Shown here in pieces: positions 12,100-25,145 of a stretch of DNA of 64,000 bases. Numbering within the stretch: the first letter of the stretch is position 1; the number at the start of each line of letters is the position of its first letter. Source of the stretch: Macrostomum lignano (taxonomy: Eukaryota); NCBI GenBank assembly GCA_002269645.1, contig NIVC01000446.1, positions 62,001 to 126,000 on the forward strand, in the 5' to 3' direction. Position numbers and translations under genes: made by a program. The notes under the pieces are model-generated. The model did not search any database, had not been told where the DNA came from, and saw only the letters and a list, made by a program, of their open reading frames with translations.

Positions 12100-13245
12100 T
12101 TAATCGTTGTCGCTCTCCTCGCTCGGCAGATCGGCCGACGGTGACGAGTGGTGCACCCAGTCGGACACGCGCTGCTCCTTGGTTCGCTTGTTCACCTTGG
12201 TTTTGACGCCAAACTTTTCCAGCATCCGGGCCAGGCGAGCCTGTTCCAGCTCCTCGTTGTCCAGATCGCAGATGACGTCACCGCCTGCTGAGACTTCGTT
12301 AGCGACTGCGATGAGACGCGGTTGCCTGCCGCCGATCAGTACCGTCCAGTCGTCATTGAGATACTTGCGCACCTTCGTAATTGGCGCCCTCCTGGCCAGC
12401 TTCGGCTCCAACAGTTTCCGCAGCAGCTTCTGCAGACTGGGCGCGAACTCGCGGAAGTTTGTCGGCGTTCTCAGCGTCTTCCGTTTCTGCCACTGGACGA
12501 ACTCGTAGTAGCTATTGTCCGTCTCTTTGGCCACTTGCCAGGGGAAACTGCCTGTCAGAGCGCAGAAGATCAACACTCCAAACGACCAAACGTCCGTGCC
12601 AGTGTGCACCTGGTAGGTCTCGCTCCGGGCCGCTTGAGCAATCTCTGGCGGCGTGTACGGAATCGACGGGCCGACTTTTTTGCAGAGAGTTCCCGCGCTG
12701 CGTGCCATGCCGAAGTCCACTAGCTTAACTATGCTGAGGTCCGGCTCGAACACGGCAATGTTCTCCGGCTTCAAGTCCCGATGGCAGATGTTCTGCGAGT
12801 GCATGAACTCTAGCGCTGAGGCCATCTGGCCGATCACCAGCTTGACGGTGGCCTCGGGCAGTCCGCGTCCCGGCTGAATGAACTCGAACAGGTCGCCGAG
12901 TGGGGCGAACTCAAGCGCGAACGAATAATAATCTGCGGTCTCGAATGCCACGCTGTAGGCATCGATGACATTCGGATGCGCCGACAGGAAGATGCTGGTG
13001 TTGAGCTCGTGCAGAAAATCTTTCATCCGGGTTGTGCGCTTGTCCAACAGTTTCAATACGAGCTGCTTGCCAGTCTCCTTGCAGGTGACTAATACGCACT
13101 TGCCGTAGGTGCCTCGGCCGAGCTCCTGCTTCACCGTGTAGTGCTGCTCCATCTCGATCTGGGACAAGATGCTGTCCGTGTTGATCGAAGTTCTCGGCGT
13201 ACTGCCGTGACTCGAAGCGCTGGGCTTCGGTACCAATGACGACAT
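12100..13245 (-). CDS. SBK1: Intronless Ser/Thr kinase, SBK1 (NKF1/Meng-po) family, 381 aa
   Basis: GRGTYG, LVLK, HRDLKPEN, DFG, IPYTPPE, DVWSFGVLIFCALTGSFPW and FVQWQ match SBK1 family motifs; all catalytic residues are present. Confidence 0.9.
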   Translation of the reverse strand: MSSLVPKPSASSHGSTPRTSINTDSILSQIEMEQHYTVKQELGRGTYGKCVLVTCKETGKQLVLKLLDKRTTRMKDFLHELNTSIFLSAHPNVIDAYSVAFETADYYSFALEFAPLGDLFEFIQPGRGLPEATVKLVIGQMASALEFMHSQNICHRDLKPENIAVFEPDLSIVKLVDFGMARSAGTLCKKVGPSIPYTPPEIAQAARSETYQVHTGTDVWSFGVLIFCALTGSFPWQVAKETDNSYYEFVQWQKRKTLRTPTNFREFAPSLQKLLRKLLEPKLARRAPITKVRKYLNDDWTVLIGGRQPRLIAVANEVSAGGDVICDLDNEELEQARLARMLEKFGVKTKVNKRTKEQRVSDWVHHSSPSADLPSEESDND

Positions 13246-13327
13246 GGGGAATTATTCGAAGCAGTCTGACTGTTTGTTAAGGATTTAGCCAGCGAAACTG
13301 CGCTGAAGGGGGACTGCCGAACTCGAG

Positions 13328-13438
13328 CTCTATAAGTAGTGACCCAGGACCGGCCGTGATTGGCTGGGACTCGGTCGCTTCGGGATTGGGCGATGCTATT
13401 TTTAGTTACACATGGCGCTTCGCTGATTCTTGACGTCT
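13328..13438 (-). promoter_or_regulatory. Candidate SBK1 proximal promoter: two CCAAT boxes and a near-CRE
   Basis: ATTGG at 13359-13363 and ~13385-13389 (CCAAT on the minus strand), TGACGTCT at 13431-13438, weak TATA-like TTATAG ~13335. Motif match only. Confidence 0.3.
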
Positions 13439-14289
13439 AAGTAGCTCGTATACCTGTAATTGACTCTCCCAAAGATCAACTTGAAGCCATGCAAGTGTTT
13501 AATGGTCGGTTTCTACTTTTGAAAATAGCGAAAAAATAACTTGCATCAATTGACATTTCAGTGTCCCGCGTCCAGTGACGTGCGCACGAGCTCATCGAGT
13601 TTGATTTAATTGCGGTTTGTTTTTAGACTCATGAATAACATATTTTCGTCAAAAAGGGCTTTTCAAAAATATGTGAAGTTGTCACTAATCAGTTTAAGAG
13701 ATCCGCCCCAACATACCGGATACGAAAGTATCATATGCTATTCAGACTGAATAATGAGCAGCTTGACTATTTAAGGTCAAACTAATCACAACTCATCAAC
13801 TCAGCGCTGACTCATCTCTGACTCCCCCGATCCGCCCTTAGAGGATGCAAAAACCCCGCGGCCTGTCCGGGTAGAAAACAGTAGCTGTGTAAAAATGACA
13901 TTTCGATTTCTCTCTCTCCCTCTCTCACGTGATCTATTGGACTGTTGTCATAGCAACGACTTGCCCCGTCTATTGTGCCTAGAGTAGATAGAAAGCACTA
14001 AAGCCCTTGCCCAACTAAGTATGGAAGTGCGCATCCAAAATTGAGATCTGGGGGGGGGGGGTGGTTGCACCCGGCTCAGGCGCACTGGGTGACCGCTTCT
14101 ACCCCGGGCCCATCTCAGATCATCTCAGGATCATCATCAAATGAAGCTCTAGCAGTTTAACAGGCTTTCAAAATCTTCTATGGATGCTTTGATGACTATT
14201 ATTAGAGGAAATATCAGCAGAATTTCTCGGCATAGAAAGTGCAGCTTTTCACTTTTTCGGCACTCCACATGTGGGAACATTGGAAACAC

Positions 14290-14936
14290 GGTGCAGACAC
14301 CTAAGACACACTGCAGACACCTCAGACACATTGCAGGCACCTCAGACACAGTGCAGACACCTTAGACACACTACAGACAACTCGGACACACTGCAGCAGA
14401 CACCTCAGACACTGCAGACACCTCAGACACACTGCAGACACCTCAGACACACTGCAGCAGACACCTCAGACACTGCAGACACCTCAGACACACTGTAGCA
14501 GACACCTCAGACACACTGTAGCAGACACCTCAGACACACTGTAGCAGACACCTCAGACACTGCAGACACCTCAGACACACTGCAGACACCTCAGAAACAC
14601 TGCAGACACCTCAGACACACTGCAGACACCTCAGAAACACTGCAGACACCTCAGAAACACTGCAGACACCTCAGAAACACTGCAGACACCTCAGAAACAC
14701 TGCAGACACCTCAGAAACACTACAGACACCTCAGACACACTGCAGACACATCAGACACACTGCAGACACATCAGACACTGCAGACACCTCAGACACACTG
14801 CAGACACATCAGACACACTGCAGACACATCAGACACACTGCAGACACCTCAGAAACACTGCAGACACCTCAGAAACACTGCAGACACCTCAGACACACTG
14901 CAGACACATCAGGCACTGCAGACACCTCAGACACAC
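14290..14936 (+). repeat. ~20-bp minisatellite CAGA(C/A)ACACTGCAGACACCT
   Basis: Direct repetition with 18-23-bp length variants. Confidence 0.95.
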
Positions 14937-15789
14937 CTAAGCCTCTTCGCACAGTGCTAGTTTATGAAATACATGTTAGACATCACCGAGTGGCGTACAG
15001 AGTTGCTCCAAATAGTTTCTTAAAAAGACCAACCTGCTCAACTCAAATGCTCGCTAGGGAATTCCCAAACGAGAAATGGTCAGTCTTCTAAATCGACATT
15101 CTGACAAATTGCCCACATTAATTTTATTGAACCTTAGGAAGCAATTTTAGTATAGTGGATGCAAAAGAAAATTTAAATTTTGGCATCAAATCTCTGACAG
15201 AATGTTGCCATGAAAGTTGCAGTATTGCTATACGATCTCACTTGAAAGAAACCGCGGCGCTTGAGATCTGCTGGCCTTCAGGGGCTGAGGGCCCTCCCGG
15301 GAGAACCGCATGCAATACTACAGCCAATTAGGGTTGGCAAATTGGTCCCAAAGGCCAGAGTAGGGATTAGTTTATCTAATTTTAGCAACACTTCAGGCCA
15401 CTACATATATACTTAGTTGAGCTTCCTCTGCTTCCAGCGCTTCTCACTATCAATCTCATTTGTATCCTTGATTCCCAGGCCAGCATGCAGAGTGCCACCA
15501 GTGCGCCCCGACCGCCTAGTGATTGATAGGATCTATTTTTAGCAACTACTCGACCGCAGGGAACTTTCTTCTTTTTTTGTCATTTCTACAGTCTTCTGGG
15601 GATAGGACCGAAAATAAAGATAAAAGACGGGGATGGAGTAGAAGCGAGGCACGGCTGTAATTAGAACCAAAGGCAGAATCCAGGTCTGTGTTAATGAGAT
15701 CTCAACGGCAATATCATGAGCGAATGACGGCTGCGGATGCGAAAGTAAGCTTTTCTACTCTATATTTAGCTCTTCATTATCTATGTATC

Positions 15790-16150
15790 CTCTCCTCTCT
15801 CCTCGCTCCTCTCTCCTGTTTCATCTCTCCTCTCTCATCTCTCATCTCTTATCTCTCATCTCTCCTCTCTCATCTCTCCTCTCTCATCTCTCATCTCTCC
15901 TGGTTCATCTCTCATCTCTCCTCTCTCATCTCTCCTCTCTCATCTCTCCTCTCTCATCTCTCCTCTCTCATCTCTCATCTCTTATCTCTCATCTCTCCTC
16001 TCTCATCTCTCCTCTCTCATCTCTCCTCTCTCATCTCTCCTCTCTCATCTCTCCTCTCTCATCTCTCCTCTCTCATCTCTCCTCTCTCATCTCTCCTCTC
16101 TCATCTCTCCTATTTCATCTCTCCTATCATCTTTCTTCTCTCCTCTCTAC
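15790..16150 (+). repeat. 14-bp polypyrimidine repeat TCTCATCTCTCCTC
   Basis: Direct repetition. Confidence 0.9.
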
Positions 16151-16168
16151 TCGATTTTGCTGAATGCG

Positions 16169-16435
16169 TATAATGCCAACTTAGCTTTAAAAAGTGAAGC
16201 CGATTTTCGCTGTCCGCCGGGAGTTTGGCTTTGGACCATAGAATAAACTGTTTTGATAAATATGATAAATGTGATAAATATACTCGTACAAGTAAACTTG
16301 AATAATTGATTGCATATATATTTCTACCTCAGAGAACCTAATTTTTATATATTTTTAGTCTATGGTCCGAAGCCAAAAATCCCGGCGGAACGCGAAAATC
16401 GGCTTTAATTTTTTTAAGGCTACGTTGGGATTCTA
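16169..16435. mobile_element. MITE with ~75-bp imperfect terminal inverted repeats bounded by TA
   Basis: 16169-16245 (TATAATGCCAACTTAGCTTTAAAAAGTGAAGCCGATTTTCGCTGTCCGCCGGGA...GGACCATAGA) is the near reverse complement of 16355-16435; AT-rich spacer. Confidence 0.7.
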
Positions 16436-16485
16436 TGTTTACTCAATATTCTCTGGGTGTGACAGATAATCCGTTTATTTCCTTT

Positions 16486-16599
16486 CTGGGCCTGGTCATA
16501 GACTACAAAAACGTTTTTAGCTCGTGTTAAGAGTTTTATTGCACCAGGTCAAATAAGAACCAAGGACAACTTGATTGAGTAGTCTATGGCCGGGCCCAG
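16486..16599. mobile_element. 114-bp mini inverted-repeat element
   Basis: CTGGGCCTGGTCATAGACTAC (16486-16506) versus the reverse complement of 16579-16599, CTGGGCCCGGCCATAGACTAC: 19/21 identity. No TSD found. Confidence 0.45.
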
Positions 16600-17084
16600 G
16601 TGGAATTCCCTGTTTGTTTCACGTTTGTTTCACTTTTCTATGGCCATGAAGGGTTCAGGACTAGTTTATGGGCCGAGACAAAGTTGAGCGTCTTCATGGC
16701 ATAATAACTACATACATCTTCACATTTCCCTAGCCTTGGCTTAAACTTCGTTCCTATGAGTGTCTATTTTTAGCTGATTCTATTTTTAGCCTTTGGCGAA
16801 TATTTTTTGTGTCAAGATTCCCAAAAGCTTCTTTCTCGCACGCCTTCTTTTCCTTAAAAGCTGGAAAAAACACATATTGCTAGTTTTGTTTTTCTACACT
16901 CCAGCTGATAACGATTCACAAGGAATTGACGTTGTCCATTGAGTTACTCAGTAGGCTGTGACTGTTTCCGTAGAGGCCTGATGGGAGATAAGAGTCTCGT
17001 CACAGGTAAAGACTGCATTCGGGTTTACCATATCAGACAGAAATATTCCTATTTGGTTGACCGCAACGGTTCCTGACACCGTTT

Positions 17085-17595
17085 ATTCCCCACTGTTAGA
17101 CACCATATATTCCCCACTGTTAGACACCATATATTCCCCACTGTTAGACACCATATATTCCCCACTGTTAGACACCATATATTCCCCACTGTTAGACACC
17201 AATATTCCCTACTGTTAGACACCATATATTCCCCACTGTTAGACACCAATATTCCCTACTGTTAGACACCAATATTCCCTACTGTTAGACACCATATATT
17301 CCCCACTGTTAGACACCATATATTCCCCACTGTTAGACACCATATATTCCCCACTGTTAGACACCATATATTCCCCACTGTTAGACACCAATATTCCCTA
17401 CTGTTAGACACCATATATTCCCCACTGTTAGACACCAATATTCCCTGCTGTTAGACACCAATATTCCCTACTGTTAGACACCATATATTCCCCACTGTTA
17501 GACACCATATATTCCCCACTGTTAGACACCATATATTCCACACTGTTAGACACCATATCCCGCCACTGTTAGATGCCAATATTCCCCACTGTAAT
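17085..17595 (+). repeat. 23-24-bp minisatellite ACCATATATTCCCCACTGTTAGAC
   Basis: Direct repetition with two unit variants. Confidence 0.96.
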
Positions 17596-18129
17596 ATATA
17601 CAGTGGGGATACTAGTAATATACAATATAATATTCTCTTAAAATGTTACATTCCACGTTCCTCACAGTTAAATACTGTGTTCCTAAGTAAGTTAGACATA
17701 ATACTCCCAATGTTAGACACTAAAGACCAACTAATTTAGTATAGTGAATATTTTAAATGTAAGACATCATATTCAGGATTCTGTTAGACAGAAAATTCAA
17801 GGTCAAGACTGAAGCAGTATTTTGTGTTTTATTACACTGTGTCAATATGAAAACTTTATCAAATAAACCACACCCCATCATGTGGAGGGCTGTTTCCAGC
17901 TCATCAATTGTTTGTGTTTAAGTCCAAGAAATCCATATCTTATTTGCCGATGCACAGAACCAGCTGCCTCGCATCAAGGCTTTTACTGACTTGCTGAATG
18001 CTGCTATCTAGTGCAGATTATTCGTCTTGAGATATAGGCTTTTTTAGTTTACCATCTTCAGAAACAGAGGAGTAAACAGAGGGGGCACCAAGGGGCCGCG
18101 CCCTTCTCCCATGGGCTGGGGACCCTTAA

Positions 18130-18587
18130 TTGGTGCTGGCGCCCCTTGGTGCTGGCGCCCCTTGGTGCTGGCGCCCCTTGGTGCTGGCGCCCCTTGGTGC
18201 TGGCGCCCCTTGGTGCTGGCGCCCCTTGGTGCTGGCGCCCCTTGGTGCTAAAGCCCCTTGGTGCTAAAGCCCCTTGGTGCTGGCGCCCCTTGGTGCTGGC
18301 GCCCCTTGGTGCTGGCGCCCCTTGGTGCTGGCGCCCCTTGGTGCTGGCGCCCCTTGGTGCTGGCGCCCCTTGGTGCTGGCGCCCCTTGGTGCTGGCGCCC
18401 CTTGGTGCTGGCGCCCCTTGGTGCTGGCGCCCCTTGGTGCTGGCGCCCCTTGGTGCTGGCGCCCCTTGGTGCTGGCGCCCCTTGGTGCTGGCGCCCCTTG
18501 GTGCTGGCGCCCCTTGGTGCTGGCGCCCCTTGGTGCTGGCGCCCCTTGGTGCTGGCGCCCCTTGGTGCTGGCGCCCCTTGGTGCTAA
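18130..18587 (+). repeat. Second array of the 16-bp satellite, mostly CCCCTTGGTGCTGGCG
   Basis: Same unit as 1-1334 with the opposite variant ratio (AAAG units near 18250-18270). Confidence 0.98.
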
Positions 18588-19177
18588 AACCATCTAATAA
18601 GAAATATTGGTTATGATTCTGTATGGAAAATAGTCCTAATTAAAATTACTTTGCTAATCTACGGTAGCTCTCAAATTTCTTGATTTTTTATGTTCTTTTC
18701 TTACTCTTTTTCAGAACCCAACCCCCCCCCCGCTGCGCCAAGCCGTGACCCGGGGTTTCCTAGAATGAACTGGCTGGAGCAATATATAAGATATAGTATA
18801 TCCTGAAGCTAAAGCTTGCCTAGTCTTGGCATTGAAACGAAGGTTAACTGAGGACACGGGAGTTGTAAATAAAGATTATTAGAGAATTGTGTATAGCGCA
18901 CGAACGCCTTGACAGATTAGAGTAAGCGGTTAGGATTTCGTTCTGGTTTCGGGTTGGTTGACTGTCTAGGGATATTTATTTTATCAATGAGAGTCAATCT
19001 ACCAAGTAGAAAGTATATTGACTAGACAGCTTTATGTTAATACATTTTGGTGTATTGAGCAGAGGGCTGCATACTGACAATAAAGTACATGTAATGATAT
19101 AAATATGACTATAGTTATATAAGATTAGAGTTATATAAGATATAGAGTTATATAAGATATGAATAGTAAGTCTCGAC

Positions 19178-22100
19178 GGTAGATCTAGATGGCAGATCTA
19201 GATGGCAGATATAGATGGTAGATCTCGATGGTAGATCTGGATGGCAGATTTAATGGTAGATCTGGATGGCAGATTTAATGGTAGATCTAGATGGCAGATC
19301 TAGATGGTAGATCTCGATGGTAGATCTGGATGGCAGATTTAATGGTAGATCTAGATGGCAGATTTAATGGTAGATCTAGATGGCAGATTTAATGGTAGAT
19401 CTAGATGGCAGATCTAGATGGTAGATCTCGATGGTAGATCTGGATGGCAGATTTAATGGTAGATCTAGATAGCAGATTTAATGGTAGATCTAGATGGCAG
19501 ATCTAGATGGTAGATCTCGATGGTAGATCTGGATGGCAGATTTAATGGTAGATCTGGATGGCAGATCTAGATGGCAGATCTAGATGGTAGATCTCGATGG
19601 TAGATCTGGATGGCAGATTTAATGGTAGATCTGGATGGCAGATCTAGATGGCAGATCTAGATGGCAGATCTAGATGGTAGATCTCGATGGTAGATCTGGA
19701 TGGCAGATTTAATGGTAGATCTGGATGGCAGATCTAGATGGCAGATCTAGATGGTAGATCTAGATGGCAGATCTAGATGGTAGATCTCGATGGTAGATCT
19801 GGATGGCAGATTTAATGGTAGATCTGGATGGCAGATCTAGATGGCAGATCTAGATGGCAGATCTAGATGGTAGATCTCGATGGTAGATCTGGATGGCAGA
19901 TTTAATGGTAGATCTGGATGGCAGATCTAGATGGCAGATCTAGATGGCAGATCTCGATGGTAGATCTGGATGGCAGATTTAATGGCAGATCTAGATGGCA
20001 GATCTAGATGGCAGATCTAGATGGCAGATCTAGATGGCAGATCTAGATGGCAGATCTAGATGGTAGATCTCGATGGTAGATCTGGATGGCAGATTTAATG
20101 GTAGATCTGGATGGCAGATCTCGATGGTAGATCTGGATGGCAGATTTAATGGCAGATCTAGATGGCAGATCTAGATGGCAGATCTAGATGGTAGATCTCG
20201 ATGGTAGATCTGGATGGCAGATTTAATGGTAGATCTGGATGGCAGATCTAGATGGCAGATCTAGATGGCAGATCTCGATGGTAGATCTGGATGGCAGATT
20301 TAATGGCAGATCTAGATGGCAGATCTAGATGGCAGATCTAGATGGCAGATCTAGATGGCAGATCTAGATGGCAGATCTAGATGGTAGATCTCGATGGTAG
20401 ATCTGGATGGCAGATTTAATGGTAGATCTGGATGGCAGATCTAGATGGCAGATCTAGATGGTAGATCTAGATGGCAGATCTAGATGGTAGATCTCGATGG
20501 TAGATCTGGATGGCAGATTTAATGGTAGATCTGGATGGCAGATCTAGATGGCAGATCTAGATGGCAGATCTAGATGGTAGATCTCGATGGTAGATCTGGA
20601 TGGCAGATTTAATGGTAGATCTGGATGGCAGATCTAGATGGCAGATCTAGATGGCAGATCTCGATGGTAGATCTGGATGGCAGATTTAATGGCAGATCTA
20701 GATGGCAGATCTAGATGGCAGATCTAGATGGTAGATCTCGATGGTAGATCTGGATGGCAGATTTAATGGTAGATCTCGATGGCAGATCTAGATGGCAGAT
20801 CTAGATGGCAGATCTCGATGGTAGATCTGGATGGCAGATTTAATGGCAGATCTAGATGGCAGATCTAGATGGCAGATCTAGATGGCAGATCTAGATGGCA
20901 GATCTAGATGGCAGATCTAGATGGTAGATCTCGATGGTAGATCTGGATGGCAGATTTAATGGTAGATCTGGATGGCAGATCTAGATGGTAGATCTAGATG
21001 ACAGATCTAGATGGTAGATCTAGATGGCAGATCTAGATGGTAGATCTCGATGGTAGATCTGGATGGCAGATTTAATGGTAGATCTGGATGGCAGATCTAG
21101 ATGGCAGATCTAGATGGCAGATCTAGATGGCAGATCTAGATGGTAGATCTCGATGGTAGATCTGGATGGCAGATTTAATGGTAGATCTGGATGGCAGATC
21201 TAGATGGTAGATCTAGATGACAGATCTAGATGGCAGATCTAGATAGTAGATCTAGATGACAAATCTAGATGGTAGATCTAGATGACAGATCTAGATGGCA
21301 GATCTAGATGGTAGATCTCGATGGTAGATCTGGATGGCAGATTTAATGGTAGATCTGGATGGCAGATCTAGATGGCAGATCTAGATGGCAGATCTAGATG
21401 GTAGATCTCGATGGTAGATCTGGATGGCAGATTTAATGGTAGATCTGGATGGCAGATCTAGATGGCAGATCTAGATGGTAGATCTAGATGGCAGATCTAG
21501 ATGGTAGATCTCGATGGTAGATCTGGATGGCAGATTTAATGGTAGATCTAGATGGCAGATTTAATGGTAGATCTAGATGGCAGATCTAGATGGTAGATCT
21601 CGATGGTAGATCTGGATGGCAGATTTAATGGTAGATCTAGATGGCAGATTTAATGGTAGATCTAGATGGCAGATCTAGATGGTAGATCTCGATGGTAGAT
21701 CTGGATGGCAGATTTAATGGTAGATCTGGATGGCAGATCTAGATGGCAGATCTAGATGGTAGATCTCGATGGTAGATCTGGATGGCAGATTTAATGGTAG
21801 ATCTAGATGGTAGATCTCGATGGTAGATCTGGATGGCAGATTTAATGGTAGATCTGGATGGCAGATCTAGATGGCAGATCTAGATGGTAGATCTAGATGG
21901 CAGATCTAGATGGTAGATCTCGATGGTAGATCTGGATGGCAGATTTAATGGTAGATCTGGATGGCAGATCTAGATGGCAGATCTAGATGGCAGATCTAGA
22001 TGGTAGATCTCGATGGTAGATCTGGATGGCAGATTTAATGGTAGATCTGGATGGCAGATCTAGATGGCAGATCTAGATGGCAGATCTCGATGGTAGATCT

Positions 22101-23870
22101 GGATGGCAGATTTAATGGCAGATCTAGATGGTAGATCTCGATGGTAGATCTGGATGGCAGATTTAATGGTAGATCTGGATGGCAGATCTAGATGGCAGAT
22201 CTAGATGGCAGATCTAGATGGTAGATCTCGATGGTAGATCTGGATGGCAGATTTAATGGTAGATCTGGATGGCAGATCTAGATGGCAGATCTAGATGGCA
22301 GATCTAGATGGTAGATCTAGATGGCAGATCTAGATGGTAGATCTCGATGGTAGATCTGGATGGCAGATTTAATGGTAGATCTGGATGGCAGATCTAGATG
22401 GCAGATCTAGATGGCAGATCTAGATGGTAGATCTCGATGGTAGATCTGGATGGCAGATTTAATGGTAGATCTGGATGGCAGATCTAGATGGCAGATTTAA
22501 TGGCAGATCTCGATGGTAGATCTGGATGGCAGATTTAATGGCAGATCTAGATGGCAGATCTAGATGGCAGATCTAGATGGCAGATCTAGATGGCAGATCT
22601 AGATGGTAGATCTCGATGGTAGATCTGGATGGCAGATTTAATGGTAGATCTGGATGGCAGATTTAATGGTAGATCTAGATGGCAGATCTAGATGATAGAT
22701 CTCGATGGTAGATCTGGATTGCAGATTTAATGGTAGATCTAGATGGCAGATTTAATGGTAGATCTAGATGGCAGATTTAATGGTAGATCTAGATGGCAGA
22801 TCTAGATGGTAGATCTCGATGGTAGATCTGGATGGCAGATTTAATGGTAGATCTAGATGGCAGATTTAATGGTAGATCTAGATGGCAGATCTAGATGGTA
22901 GATCTCGATGGTAGATCTGGATGGCAGATTTAATGGTAGATCTGGATGGCAGATCTAGATGGCAGATCTAGATGGTAGATCTCGATGGTAGATCTGGATG
23001 GCAGATTTAATGGTAGATCTGGATGGCAGATCTAGATGGCAGATCTAGATGGTAGATCTAGATGACAAATCTAGATGACAAATCTAGATGACAGATCTAG
23101 ATGACAGATCTAGATGGTAGATCTAGATGACAGATCTAGATGGCAGATCTAGATGACAAATCTAGATGGTAGATCTAGATGACAGATCTAGATGGCAGAT
23201 CTAGATGGTAGATCTAGATGACAAATCTAGATGGTAGATCTAGATGACAAATCTAGATGGTAGATCTAGATGACAGATCTAGATGGTAGATCTAGATGGT
23301 AGATCTAGATGACAGATTTAGATGGTAGATCTAGATGGTAGATCTAGATGACAGATCTAGATGGCAGATTTAATGGTAGATCTGGATGGCAGATCTAGAT
23401 GGCAGATCTAGATGACAGATCTAGATGGCAGATCTAGATGGTAGATCTAGATGACAGATCTAGATGGCAGATCTGGATGGCAGATCTAGATGGCAGATCT
23501 AGATGGTAGATCTAGATGACAGATCTAGATGGTAGATCTAGATGGTAGATCTAGATGGCAGATCTAGATGGTAGATCTAGATGGTAGATCTAGATGACAG
23601 ATCTAGATGGCAGATTTAATGGTAGATCTGGATGGCAGATCTAGATGGCAGATCTAGATGACAGAACTAGATGGCAGATCTAGATGGTAGATCTAGATGA
23701 CAGATCTAGATGGCAGATCTGGATGGCAGATCTAGATGGCAGATCTAGATGACAGATCTAGATGGTAGATCTAGATGACAGATCTAGATGACAGATCTAG
23801 ATGACAGATCTAGATGGCAGATCTAGATGGTAGATCTAGAAGGCAGATCTAGATGGCAGATTAGATGGTA
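19178..23870 (+). repeat. 4.7-kb 12/13-bp satellite GATGG(C/T)AGATCT(A/C/G) with higher-order structure
   Basis: Direct repetition; a recurrent 51-bp cassette of four variant units; rich in AGATCT and TCTAGA palindromes. Confidence 0.98.
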
Positions 23871-24599
23871 CGAGTAGATCTATATGGTAGATCAACATGG
23901 TAGATTGAGACAGTGGCTAAAAGATCTCAGTCCTATCTTCAGTTGGCAGATCTAACATGCTAGGTCAAAATTTTAGGCATAGAATTAGTGCAAGCGCTGA
24001 TTTTACTCGAAATAAAACAGCCTAAGGATCTTAATTAGAGTAGGAATAATGCAATGTGAAGCTTACTAGCAGATCTCCCATAAAGGCCTTACGGCACCTG
24101 CTGCCCCCCACTTGTGATTGAGTCAGTCTATACTTATAAGGAGAGATGCTGTAAAAAAACCCACAGAGGCGCAAATCGTAGATGATGATGACCCAGTACT
24201 TAGGCCATTAATTAGACTGAAGTGCAGGACAGGGGCTGAGTCGCTAAATAAAGTGTGCCATGTCCTTAACAAGGTTAACCATTAAGAGTCAGTCAGTACT
24301 GCATACTACATCAACAGGCATGAACTAGTTCCCTTTTTACTAAGCAAAGCTGAGTCACTTCTTTACAGTTTATTGCTAAAAAACTGTTGACTCATAGAGT
24401 ACTCTGTAGTCATGGCGATCGAACATTGATCCATGCTCATGTTGGTTTTGACCTTGTACAGTCCTAGCTTGTTGTTAATTTCTTAAGACAACTGATGTTG
24501 AAAGCAAAAAAGCAACGGGCCCTGAAAGCCAGCTATCTAGCCTAAGATATCAGTATCTCTCAAAGTATTTTAGCAACCGCCCATGAGCCACAGCATTTC

Positions 24600-25145
24600 A
24601 GCAATTCCCTTCATGAGTCTTGACATCCCAGCAATTCCCCTTATGAACCTTGAAATCCCAGCAATTCCCCTCATGAGTCTTGACATCCCAGCAATTCCCC
24701 TCATGAACCTTGAAATCCCAGCAATTCCCCTCATGAGTCTTGACATCCCAGCAATTATCCTCATGAGTCTTGACATCCCAGCAATTCCCCTCATGAATCT
24801 TGACATCCCAGCAATTCCCCTCATAAGCCTTGAAATCCCAGCAATTCCCCTCATAAGCCTTGAAATCCTAGCAATCCCCCTCATGAGCCTTGAAATCCTA
24901 GCAATTCCCTTCATGAGCCTTGAAATTCCAGCAATTTCCCTCATGAGCCTTGAAATCCCAGCAATTCCCTTCATGAATCTTGACATCCTAGCAGTTCCCC
25001 TCGAACCTTGAAATCCTAGCAATTCCCCTCATGAGCCTTGAAATCCTAGCAATTCCCCGTATGAGCCTTTAAATCCCAGCAATTCCCTTCATGAGCCTTG
25101 ACATCCCAGCAATTCCCCTCATGAGCCTTGACGTTTCAGCAATTC
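24600..25145 (+). repeat. 30-bp minisatellite AGCAATTCCCCTCATGAG(T/C)CTTGA(C/A)ATCCC
   Basis: Direct repetition; the unit length is a multiple of 3, which explains open frames on both strands. Confidence 0.95.

Noticed and set aside
12107-13099. Several ORFs overlapping SBK1
   Set aside because: Antisense or alternative-frame shadows of a GC-rich CDS; likewise those over the GPCR, lectin, APE remnant and transposase.
18146-18616. WCWRPLVLAPLGAGAP and (43408-43662) PEAPA repeat ORFs
   Set aside because: Satellite translations; the unit is also found in non-coding arrays.
24570-25022. 10-aa repeat ORFs on both strands
   Set aside because: A 30-bp minisatellite; no flanking coding context or splice support.
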